Source: Planctomycetota bacterium (lineage in GTDB: Bacteria > Planctomycetota > SZUA-567 > H5-PLA8). From it: a DNA stretch of 64,000 nt. The stretch spans positions 32,409 through 96,408 of the forward strand of contig JBBRPR010000031.1 of assembly GCA_038227875.1 (NCBI GenBank), read 5' to 3'. Of the stretch, positions 22,803 to 33,200 are shown piece after piece. Position 1 is the stretch's first letter. Each line of letters opens with the position of its first letter. The notes beneath the pieces were generated by a model that saw nothing but the letters and a program-made list of their open reading frames with translations, was not told where the DNA came from and made no database searches. The translations under genes were made by a program, and so were the position numbers.

Positions 22803-25391
22803 ATGGGAAAAACATTGACCTTGGCAGTGGTGGCGATGGTCTTGTGGTCCAGCGGCGTGGCGGCGGAAACTCCCGTCGCCGGTGAGATGGTGACAGTTCC
22901 GACTGCGGAGCTGGTCAGCACGTTCACGTCAGAAGACAAGACGATGCCGAAGACGTTCCGTATTGGGAACGGGTTTCAGAAGATCGGCGATTACATTTAC
23001 GTCAGCCTCGGAGGGGACCGCATCGGCGGCGGCATTATCCAGTACTTCAAGTGGGATCCGAAAGCGTCGGGCAATCAGTTTACGTATGTGGGGGAAGTTT
23101 CGCATTCCACGATCAAGGGCGGCTTTTCGCTCTGCGCCGTCGGCAACCGTTTGTACGCGCTGGCCTTGTTCGTGTGGGGCGCGGGGTTGGATGGTCACCC
23201 GGAAACATTCAACGCGATCACATGGTTTGACATTGAGAAGGAGACCGGCAAGCCGATCGAGAAGGGCACGCTGCCGGGCATCGTGCCGCGCAGCGCCACG
23301 TTTGAACCGATGCTGATTGCCGACCCGGAAGGGAAGAATCTCTATGTCACCACGGCTCAGGACAATTACACCAATCGCCTGACGTGGGTGAAACTGGGGG
23401 ACGACGGCAAGGCCGAACGCGGCGGCGATATCAACGGGCTGGGTTTCCGCTCCAACCCGAAGATGAGCCCCGATGGCAAGCACATCTACTGCGTCGGCGA
23501 TCACAACATCGCGATCGTCGAGCGGAAACCGAGCGGCGAGATCGTGTACAAAAAGTCGCTGAGCCTGGATTGCCTGGCCAAAGCGAAGACGCCGAACGTG
23601 GGAAATGTCGAAGAGCTGAAAGGCAACATCGCCGGGATCTCGCCCGACGGCCGGTGGGTTTACGTGGTGCTGACCAGCGAACAGGTCTGGACCAAGAACT
23701 GCTTCGGCATCTTCAAACGCGATCCGGCGACCGGCGAGTTGGAGTTCAGCTCGGGCGGTTCGGAGTACGACAAGGAATTCGACGCCTTCGCCAATCTGCG
23801 CGGGATGAACCTGATGTTTGCGCCCGACGGCGTGAGCGGGTTCATTTCGTCGGACATGCATTTGATCCAGAATTTCAAGCAGGATCCCAAGACGGGCAAG
23901 CTGAGCAATGTGTCGGACGTGGTGACGCCCGCGTTGAAAGGCCGGCCGACGCCGCTGATGGTCTACGATGCCAAGGCCGGATACTTGATCGGCGCGGCGA
24001 CGTTGCAATACGAAGCGTACGGTGGAACGTGGCTGGGCGTGTGGGCCGCGAAGACCGGCACAGCTCAGGTTCGGCGCGGGGAGCGCGCGGACCTTACCGC
24101 GACGACGGCGGCGGCCGCGGATGCCAAGCCTGGCAGCACGGAAGACTGGCCGCGCTGGCTGGGCCCCAACGGCGACGGGAAGAGCACGCTGAAGGGAATT
24201 CGCAAGGACTGGACCGGGGGCTTGAGGAAAGTATGGGAGGTGTCAGGGTTGAGCCCGTATCTGACCACCTGGTCGCCCCCGTCGGTGCAGGGCGAGAAAC
24301 TGGTGGTCCTCGGCAAGCATGGGTGCATGGACGAAGTGCTGTGCTTCAACGCCGACACAGGCGGAGCGCCGCTGTGGATCGCGGAACTTCCCGGCGACGG
24401 AGGGGGCGATGGTTGGGCGGGCGGGCCTGTGGCGCAGCCGTGCATCGACGGCGACCGGGTGTATGTCTGCCATGCGACTTCGCGCTACTCGTGCCTGAGC
24501 ATGGCCGATGGCCGCTTACTGTGGAAAAAAGCGTTCGCTCAATACAGCCACACGCCGGGCAATCCCCCGGTGGTGTGGGAAGACCTGGTGATCCTGACGC
24601 ACGTGATCCGGCCGGAGACCAACAAGCGGAGCACCTTGTCTGCATTCAAAAAAGACACGGGCGAGTGGGTCTGGAGCTACGGCGAGGACAGTAAACGAAT
24701 CGACTTGAGTTGGACGGGCGCCCTGAGTTTGAAAGTAAATGGCCAGGCTCAGCTCGTTTATAACACCGCCGGATTTGCCGTCGGCTTGGATCCCCGCACC
24801 GGAAAACCACTCTGGGAATTGGTTCCGGAATCGGTACCGAGCGGCGATTTCGGCATGTACACCGATCCCTTGACGGACGGCAAGACCGTGGTTCTGGTCA
24901 GCGCCAACGCCAAGAACGAGCACGTGCGGTCAGCGGTGCAGATCGAGAATGGCATCGCCAAGGAACTGTGGAAAAACGTGGTCGCCTTCACGGGTTGGAC
25001 CAATCCGGTGCTGCACGACGGCTACCTGTATACGTTTGTCGCCGATGGATTGTACAGTTCCGTCAACAGTGGTTTTCAGTGCGTGGATGTGAAGACCGGA
25101 GTGGAAAAGTGGAGCGAGAAGAAAATTGGATGCGGATCGATCGTGGAAGTGGACGGCAACTTGCTCTGCCTGAAATACAGCGGCGACCTGCTACTGCTGA
25201 ATCCGACACCGGAGGGTTTCAAGAAGGTGACGGAATGGAAGGGTGCGGTGAAAATTCAGCCGTGGTGGACGCACCGCGGTTCGCCGGCGGCCTATGGCGG
25301 CGCGCCCTGCTGGACGATCCCGGTGATTGCGCGTGGGAAGGTGTACTTGCGCTACAACGATTCGCTGGCGTGTTATGACCTGATGAAGTGA
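22803..25391 (+). CDS. Secreted double beta-propeller protein (lactonase-like plus PQQ/BamB-like)
   Basis: ATG 22803 after AGGAG; signal peptide; SPDG blades; EDWPRWLGPNGDG followed by repeated G..LW docking motifs. Confidence 0.8.
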   Translation: MGKTLTLAVVAMVLWSSGVAAETPVAGEMVTVPTAELVSTFTSEDKTMPKTFRIGNGFQKIGDYIYVSLGGDRIGGGIIQYFKWDPKASGNQFTYVGEVSHSTIKGGFSLCAVGNRLYALALFVWGAGLDGHPETFNAITWFDIEKETGKPIEKGTLPGIVPRSATFEPMLIADPEGKNLYVTTAQDNYTNRLTWVKLGDDGKAERGGDINGLGFRSNPKMSPDGKHIYCVGDHNIAIVERKPSGEIVYKKSLSLDCLAKAKTPNVGNVEELKGNIAGISPDGRWVYVVLTSEQVWTKNCFGIFKRDPATGELEFSSGGSEYDKEFDAFANLRGMNLMFAPDGVSGFISSDMHLIQNFKQDPKTGKLSNVSDVVTPALKGRPTPLMVYDAKAGYLIGAATLQYEAYGGTWLGVWAAKTGTAQVRRGERADLTATTAAAADAKPGSTEDWPRWLGPNGDGKSTLKGIRKDWTGGLRKVWEVSGLSPYLTTWSPPSVQGEKLVVLGKHGCMDEVLCFNADTGGAPLWIAELPGDGGGDGWAGGPVAQPCIDGDRVYVCHATSRYSCLSMADGRLLWKKAFAQYSHTPGNPPVVWEDLVILTHVIRPETNKRSTLSAFKKDTGEWVWSYGEDSKRIDLSWTGALSLKVNGQAQLVYNTAGFAVGLDPRTGKPLWELVPESVPSGDFGMYTDPLTDGKTVVLVSANAKNEHVRSAVQIENGIAKELWKNVVAFTGWTNPVLHDGYLYTFVADGLYSSVNSGFQCVDVKTGVEKWSEKKIGCGSIVEVDGNLLCLKYSGDLLLLNPTPEGFKKVTEWKGAVKIQPWWTHRGSPAAYGGAPCWTIPVIARGKVYLRYNDSLACYDLMK

Positions 25392-25397
25392 TGCGAC

Positions 25398-26267
25398 TTA
25401 GCGGACACGTCTCCGGTAATCGCGCGGAGATGCTCCGATGACATGCTTGAACGCGGTCGCGAAGTATTGACTCGATGAAAAACCCAGCCGCAGCGCAATG
25501 GCGGTGATTTCCGCGTCAGTGCGGCGCAGTTCTTCACACGCACGTTTAAGACGAAGGCGGAGGTAGTAGTCGGCCGGCGCGACGCCCATCTCGGTTCGGA
25601 ACCGGCTCTTCAGGTGCGAGATACTCCAGCCGAGGCGTTGAGCCAGCGAATCCAGGCGTAACGGATGTTCGATATTCGCTTCCATCAGTTTGATCGCTTC
25701 GCTCACCACATTCGAATGGCCGTGCGCTTTCGCCGCGCGTCCAGCCGCAACAAGGCCTAGCAGGATCTGGGTCAGGTTCATGCGCGCGTGAATGGTGGCC
25801 AGGGCGTCCGAGCTTCCAATGGCGCTCAAGACCATGGCGAAAAGCCGGGCGGTTTGAGCCGGAGCGGGAGCGGGAAAGCATCGCTCGGGGAGACCATTGA
25901 TCGCTTTGAGCAGCGATCGCGATTCGCCGGCCGGAAGATGCAACAGACGGACGCTTGAAACGCGCAACCCCACGTAGCTATACGAGCAGGGCTGGTGGAT
26001 TTTATCGATTCCGCCGTGAAGTTCATGCGGCCGGATCATGAAAAACTGCCCGCCGGCAATCGCGTACGATTTCCGCCCGACCCACCATTCCGCGATGCCC
26101 TTCTCAATGTAGCAAACTTCGAGAGACGCGTGGCGATGAGCGATCATGGGGGTTGCATTGCGAGCCTTGTACCGCCCGGCATAGAGCAGTTCCGGAATGG
26201 CAGCAATGGGCCTGGCCGACGGGGCCATCCAGTATTCTGCCTTGCGGTGGCGTGAAAACGTCTTCAT
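25398..26267 (-). CDS. AraC family transcriptional regulator (cupin plus HTH)
   Basis: HRH..LE cupin; IALRLGFSSSQYFATAFKHVIGASPRDYR. Confidence 0.92.
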   Translation of the reverse strand: MKTFSRHRKAEYWMAPSARPIAAIPELLYAGRYKARNATPMIAHRHASLEVCYIEKGIAEWWVGRKSYAIAGGQFFMIRPHELHGGIDKIHQPCSYSYVGLRVSSVRLLHLPAGESRSLLKAINGLPERCFPAPAPAQTARLFAMVLSAIGSSDALATIHARMNLTQILLGLVAAGRAAKAHGHSNVVSEAIKLMEANIEHPLRLDSLAQRLGWSISHLKSRFRTEMGVAPADYYLRLRLKRACEELRRTDAEITAIALRLGFSSSQYFATAFKHVIGASPRDYRRRVR

Positions 26268-26353
26268 GTTCGATTTTGTACAGTGGATTGCGTCGAAAGC
26301 AATGGCGTGATGACGTGGTATTATTCCATCCTCTCGCTGAAAGGAGCACAGGG

Positions 26354-27142
26354 ATGTCCATTGCCGATCAGATGTACCAACTGGGTGTTCGAGAAAACAC
26401 ACTCACCGACGAGGAGAAGTACTGCCTCGACTACGAAGGATACGTTGCGCTTGCAGAGGTCGTGCCGCTCTCCCAGATCCGAGTCATGCGCCGGGAAATG
26501 GAACGGCTGTTTGAACTCGAAAAAACCGGGACCGCGGAAAATCCAGGTGACTTGGGACAACTCCAGAACAAGTCGACAGCATTCGATCTCTGCGTGTCGC
26601 ATCCGCGCGTGCTGGCCGCAATCTGGCATGTGTTGAAAGAAGACTTCCGTTCCTTTGGCGTGCATTCCCGCCCCAATCGCCCGGGGGCTGGACATCAAGC
26701 CTTGCACGCGGATTGGAGCGGGCCGGTGCCGAAAATCGGCGAGTACTTTCACTGCAACTCGATCTGGCCGCTGGCGGACTTCACAGAACTGAACGGCGCC
26801 ACCCGAGTGGTGCCGGGTTCGCATCGCTGGCCGCTGGAGGTGCGCGCTGAGTTGTCCGATCCCCTGGCGCGTCATCCGCGTGAACGAAAACTGATCGCGC
26901 TGGCTGGGACAGTCGTGATTTTCAACGGTCACGTCTGGCATGGCGCCACTCAGAACAACAGCGCGCAAGACCGCCCCAACGTGACCAGCTTCTTTGGCCG
27001 ACGGCGCTATGCCGAAGGCCCCGGCAAGCCGAATCTTCTGAGCGCTGAAGCGCATGCGCGATTCAGCGAACCTGTTCGCGCGTTGTTTGACGGCGTGGAC
27101 GCAGCCACATGCAGCGACCGGTTGGAGACCGCGACGGCGTGA
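26354..27142 (+). CDS. Phytanoyl-CoA dioxygenase (PhyH) family Fe/2OG oxygenase
   Basis: LHADW (HxD), NGATRVVPGSH, VWHG...R; AAGGAG RBS. Confidence 0.9.
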   Translation: MSIADQMYQLGVRENTLTDEEKYCLDYEGYVALAEVVPLSQIRVMRREMERLFELEKTGTAENPGDLGQLQNKSTAFDLCVSHPRVLAAIWHVLKEDFRSFGVHSRPNRPGAGHQALHADWSGPVPKIGEYFHCNSIWPLADFTELNGATRVVPGSHRWPLEVRAELSDPLARHPRERKLIALAGTVVIFNGHVWHGATQNNSAQDRPNVTSFFGRRRYAEGPGKPNLLSAEAHARFSEPVRALFDGVDAATCSDRLETATA

Positions 27143-27153
27143 GATGAAAACGA

Positions 27154-27180
27154 GATCGCCCGGAACGGCTCCGGGCGATC
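27154..27180. terminator. Hairpin between convergent genes
   Basis: GATCGCCCGGA-ACGGC-TCCGGGCGATC. Confidence 0.6.
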
Positions 27181-27205
27181 CTTACTCGGTTCACTTTTGC
27201 TGCGC

Positions 27206-30200
27206 TTATTTCTTGATGATCACTTTCAAACTCTTCGCCATGCCCGTCTTTCCTTTCTTTGCGGTGTAGACCAGGTCCTGGGCTTTGCGGTAGAGGGACT
27301 TGTTGAGGATCAGGTTGAACGTCACGTTCACGGGGAGTTTCCTGGCGTCGGCGTTCTTCAGGCCGGAGCCGTCGAGCGTCAGGGCCAACGCGACCTTTTT
27401 GAACATGATCGAGAACTTGGCGTCCTGTTCGAGCACGACTTTCTTCTTGGTCTTGATCATGAGCTTGAAGGAACTGTCGCGCGTCTTGCCTTTGCCCTTG
27501 GCGTCCAGCGTCCAGCTCCGCACAACGCTGCCGACCACCAGCGCGACTTGATTCTTCAGAGGACTGTAGCCCTTCGGAATGTGGAGCGTGCCGCTGGCGG
27601 AAAGTCCATCGGCGCTGACGCTGGCGAAGTTGAGCTTGATGCCGGCTTTGAGCACGGTCAGCGGGAGGACCGGCCCGGAGTACGGGGTGCTCAGCGGATC
27701 GGTGGGCGAGGTGCCCAGCGTCGTTTCGATGCCATCGGAGACGCCGTCGCCGTCGCTGTCCGGTCCGGTGCCGACCAGCGGCGCGGAGACAGTGACCGTC
27801 ACCGTGCTGGTAGCACTATTCCCAAACGTATCAGAGACGGTGACGGTGGCCGTGTAGGCGCCTTCGGTCTGATACGCATGCGTGGGGCTGGCCTGCGCGG
27901 AGGTGGGTGAGCCGTCGCCAAAATCCCAGGAGTACGTCAGCGTGCCCGAGCCGGTCACGCCGACAGCGAACTGTACGGTCTGACCGAGGCCAGGATTCGG
28001 CGGCGTCGCCGACGCAGGGGACGTGACCACCACGACGGGGGGCGGAATGAACGTGACGGTAACGGTCGTGACCTTGTCGGTGACGGTGGGAGCGATGCCG
28101 TCACTGAGCGTGACGGTCATGGTTGTCGTTTCGGATTGACCGGGCGGAAGATGGCGCGGCGCGGCAGCGAAGACGAGCTGCCGGATGGCGTTGGTCGCGA
28201 TCGTGGTTGCGCCGTTGAAGGTATAGCGGCCGGCACCGGCGTCGGTGAATCCCGACGCGGTCAGCGACGCGGGAGTGAACGCGCCCTTGGCCGGATCGTC
28301 GAGCGTGACGGAAACGGCGAGTGTCTGCGCGGGGACGTCCAGGTCGCGCAGGATCGCGATGGCAAAGGGCGGAATCGTCTGCGTGTCGTTGATCTGCAGA
28401 CCGCCATTCATGCCGAGAATCGCCGGACCGTCGTTGAGGGAGGTGCTCACGACGGTCGTGATGCTGTTGAGCACCGCCGGGGCGACGCCATCGTTGGCCG
28501 CAACGGAGAGCGTCGTGATTTCGGTGCTGCCCGGCGCCACGCGATTGGGCGTGGGCGCGAAGACGAGCAATCGGATTGCGGTAGTCGCGGCCGCTGGAGT
28601 TCCGGAGAACGTGTAGACGCCGTTGCCGGAGTCCGCGAAGCCGGAAGCGGTAAGCGACTGGGCCGTGAACTTGCCTTTCGCCGCCAAATCCAGCGAGACG
28701 GAAACGGTGAGCGTCTGCGGGTCCACGTCGGCCACGGTCACGCCGGTGAACGTGGCGAGCGTTTGCGTATCGTTGAGCGCCTGATTGGCGACGGCGCCGG
28801 AGATCGTCGGCGCGTTGTTGATGGAGAGCGAGTTCACCGACGTGGTGGAGTCGGTGACCGCCGGCGAGATGCCGTCGTTGACAGAGATTGTAAACGACGT
28901 GGCTTCCGTGGTGCCCGGCGAGACGCGGGTGGGAATGGGCGCAAAGACGAGCTGGCGGATCGCCGCGGTGAGCGCGGCGGCCGTGCCGTTGAAAGTGTAC
29001 GAACCGCCTCCGGCGTTGGTGAATCCCGCGGCCGTCACGGATCCGGGAGTGAAATCGCCGTGCGACGTCGCGCTGACGGTGACCGAGGTCGTCAGGGACT
29101 GCGCACTGTCGAAGTAGAAAATCGTAACTGGCGTGAACGGCGCGAGCGTGGCCGTGTCGTTGAGCGCCTGATTGGGAAGCGTACCGGAGATCTGCGGCGC
29201 TTGATCGGGCAGGACGGTGGTCGAATCGCTGGCGGTGTCGTTGGTCGTGTTGGTTTCACCACCGCCGGAAATCGTGACTGTGGGAATGAGCGTGGCTGCG
29301 GCGTTGCTGGCGATGTTGGCCGTCAACATCAGGTTGGTATCGGTGCCGGCCGCGGCGATGGTGCCTGAGAACGTAGCCGTGGGCGGAGCGAGCGAGGTTT
29401 GAACCCACCCGGTTCCGGTGAACGCCGTCGGCGTGAGGCCAGCGGGGATACTCATCGTCGCGGTGATGGTTCCGGAGCTGGCCAGCGCGCCGGTGTTGGC
29501 GACAGAGACGCTGTAATGAACGCCGCTCTGTCCCTGCTTGAAGGTGCCGGTGTGCGAGAGCGCGGGCACCAGATCGATTCCCGGCGTGCTGCCGACGGTC
29601 AGCACAAAATTGGCAGTGCCGACCAGGCTGGTGCTGTCGGTGGCGGTGATGGTGAAGGGAAAACTTCCGACAGCCGTAGGTGTGCCGGCCAGCGTTGTGC
29701 CGTCGCAGGTCATGCCGCTGGGCAGCGAGCCGGAAAACACCAGCGCATACGCGGGCGTGCCGCCGGTCGCGGAGAACGTAACAGTCGGGTAGAGCGTTCC
29801 GGATTGGCCGGCTGGAATGGTTGCGGGGCTGACGACGACTTGCGCTTCAATTGCGCCGATGTCGGCGGCGGCTCCGCGCGGGCGGACCAGGCCGCGCTGA
29901 TCGTTCAGCGGCGCGACGAGCGCCGGTCCCATCGTGCCGGTGAAGGACGTATTCGATCCTTTATTGTAGGCCAGGCTGCTGGGCGTGATCAGATGCGTTG
30001 GCGTCGGGCCGCCGTAATTTCCCAGCGGGCTCAGGCCTGGATCGAGAATCGCGCCGGGCGTGCCGACCTGATCGCCACTGACACCGTTAACAAAGTACGT
30101 CGGTCCGACGGTTCCGCCGAGGGTATAAACGCCGATGTTGCCGATGAGATTGTAGCCATCTGAGTAGATTTTCCCCGTTCCGCCAAAGATTGGATCGGGA

Positions 30201-33200
30201 ATACAAATGTCCGCGGTCTTGGACGTGGCCGATCCGCCGTTGGTATTGCCGGCGATGATGGAATTGAAAACATAGGTGTTATTTTGCAAGGCTATCAAGC
30301 CGCCGGTTGACGTACTGTCATTCAAATTTGAATTATTCGTGATCGTGCAGTTAACGATGGTGGTCGTGCCGCTGAAGGTACACACACCGCCGGCGGAATC
30401 GCTGGCGGAGTCGTTCGAATTGCCACTAATGGTGCAATTCTCCAACAGCATCGTGCCGCCTTGATAATTGATGCCGCCACCAGCATTGCTAAACCCCGTA
30501 TTCACGGCCTGATTATTGGAGACGGTGCAGCGTCGGATCGTCAAGAAATTGGAGACGACGGAGACGCCACCGCCGAATTTCCCGACATTGCCGGTGATGT
30601 TGCAATCCAGGATGGTCACGCTGTTGACGGTCGCAGCAGCTCGTGTCGTGACGCCACCGGCAAAGTTGAGGGAATAGTTGTCATGGCCACCGGTCAGGGT
30701 CATTCCGATCAATGTAATGTCGCCGTTCAATAGTTCGAAGACGGGATAGTTGGTGTTGTTGCCCGCCACCGTCAAGAGATTGGCGCCTGGGCCGTTGATC
30801 GTCAGCGATTTGTTGGGCTGCAGCGAACTGGCCAGATTGATCGTCCGGGATGTGTTGAAGAACGTGGGATCGAAGGTGATGACACCGTTGGCCGTGACAT
30901 CGCTCAACGCCTTGCGCAGGGAGCCGGCTCCCGAATCGTTGGCGTTGGTGACGATGATGGTCGAGGAGAATCCGGCGTTGACCGTGACGCTCGTGAGCAG
31001 CGGCGGCGTGAAGGTCAGGCCACCATTGTTCCCGGCAACGTCCTGAATCGTGGCGCCGTTCAGCACCAGCGGCGATGCGCAGTCGATGCCATCGGTGTCC
31101 ACTTCTCCGATGACGACGGTGTGCCGGAAGGTGAGCAGCGCGGTGCCGTTGCCGGATATATAGGTCGCGGTGACCGGCGACGCGCCGATGGTCAGCGACA
31201 TCGTCGGCGTTCCGTTGGCGACATACACAACGTGGTCGTATTGGACGATGAAATCGAGATTCTGATTCAGCAGGTATTCGCCGTCCGCGGGACCCGTAAC
31301 GCTTAAGATTGCAGGCGAGACGGTATTGACCAGGACGCTCGTGGTGACTGGAGGCGTAAACGTCAGCGCGGAATTGTTGCCGGCCAGGTCACGGATCAAG
31401 GCTCCGTTCAACTGAATGGGCGAGGTACTGACGATGCCATCGCTGTCGCTCTCACCCGCCTGAACGGTGTAGCGGAACAGGAGCGCCGCCGAACCACCGC
31501 CGGAGATGTAATTGGCCGAACGCGCTGTCGCGCCGATGGTCAACGCGATCGTCGGCGTTCCTCCGGTGACGAAAACAGGTTCGTTGAAGTTGGCGGTGAA
31601 ATCGAGATTGCGGTTCACGCCGTACGTCGCGTTCGCGGGGCCGGTAACGCCGGTGATGTTCGGTGCGGTGGTATCGACCAGTACGGCCGTGGTGTTGGGC
31701 GGTGTGAAGGTCAGTGCGGCATTAGTATTACTGGAATTCTTGATGCTGCCGCCGTTGAGGATAATGGGCGAGGCCGAGGCAATGCCGTCGGTGTCCGTAT
31801 CGCCGGGCTGGACGACATAGCGGAACGTTAGCGTCGCCGTGCCGCTGCCGCTGACGTACGTGGCGTTGACGGGTGAGGCGCCGATCGTCAACGCGATCGA
31901 TGGCGCGCCGGTAACGACGACGGGCTGCGTGTACGTGACCTGGAAGTCGAGATTGGTTCCGGCCCGGTAGCTGCCGTTGGCGGGGCCGGTGACTCCCGCG
32001 AGCGCAAACGCGGGAACGTTGACGGTGAAGGTCTGAGACGTGGTGGCGACGGCGTTGCCGCTGATGTCGCGCACCTGGCCGGCCTGCACGGTGGCCGTGT
32101 AGGTGTTGTTGTCAGCGGAATCCCAGAAACCGCCCGGTGGCGTGAAACTGTACGTCGCGACACGCGGCGTGCCGTGGCTGGCGTTACTGACGCTGACGAA
32201 CGTCGCCGGCACATCGAATCCGGCCGGAGACGTGACGCGCACGTTGGTGTTGCTCAGCGTACCAACATCGATCGCGAAGTTATCGGAATAGGTCACCGTG
32301 AACGTCTGCGTGGTGGCGCCGTACGTCGTCACGTTCGAGAGCGTTTCGACGGCCGTGGGCGCGGTGAGATCGGGCGTCAAGGTGCCGTCGATGAAGTACT
32401 GACCGACGCTACCATAATTGGTGTAGCCAGATGGGGGATTGCTGAGCGGCGTGCCGTCGCCTTCGTTCGACACATGAAGGTAGTAGACACCGGCGGCGAG
32501 CGTGGTGCTAATGACGGCGTTGGTGTCGCCGGCAATCGAACTGGTCTGGACCAGAGTGCCGACAGAATTATAGAGTTCGGCGTGAAGATCGACATTGCCG
32601 CCGCGCGTGTCGACGCTGCTGCGGAAGGGATTGATGTTGAACGTGACCGGTCCGGCCTGAGTCGCAAAAGTGAAGACGTCGACGTTGGACGTCTGCTCGA
32701 TGACGCCGCGGTTCTTGGGATCGCTGCTGACGATCGTGGTGCCGCCGGTCACCGCAAAGGTGCTGGCGGTGGCATCGGTGCTCCCATGATCGGCGGGGCG
32801 GTAATTAATTTTGCCGGCGATGATCGCGAGCTGGTCTTCGGTATTGTTGGCGTCGAAGTATTCTCCGTGAGTCCACTGCGTGACGTTGCGGCCGAATCCC
32901 GTGCCCATGATCGGCCCCCACGAGGTCGCGCCGGTGCCGTGCCCGTTGTAATAGGCGCTCAACGAGGTGCCGTCGTGCGAGAGGCCAAGGTTGTGGCCCA
33001 TCTCGTGTGACGCGGCTTCGGCACAAAGATCTTCAAAGGGCTGCGGAATCGGTGGCGGTGAGCCGTAGGCCGGGAGGTTTTCGTAGTAGACCCACGCCGG
33101 CGTAAAGAAGCTGTAGTTGGCCAGACCGTAGACATCGAGGTAAGCGACGCCGCCGATGTTTCCCGCGAAGGGGCAGGTGTTGCCGTTCTTGTCCTTGTTG

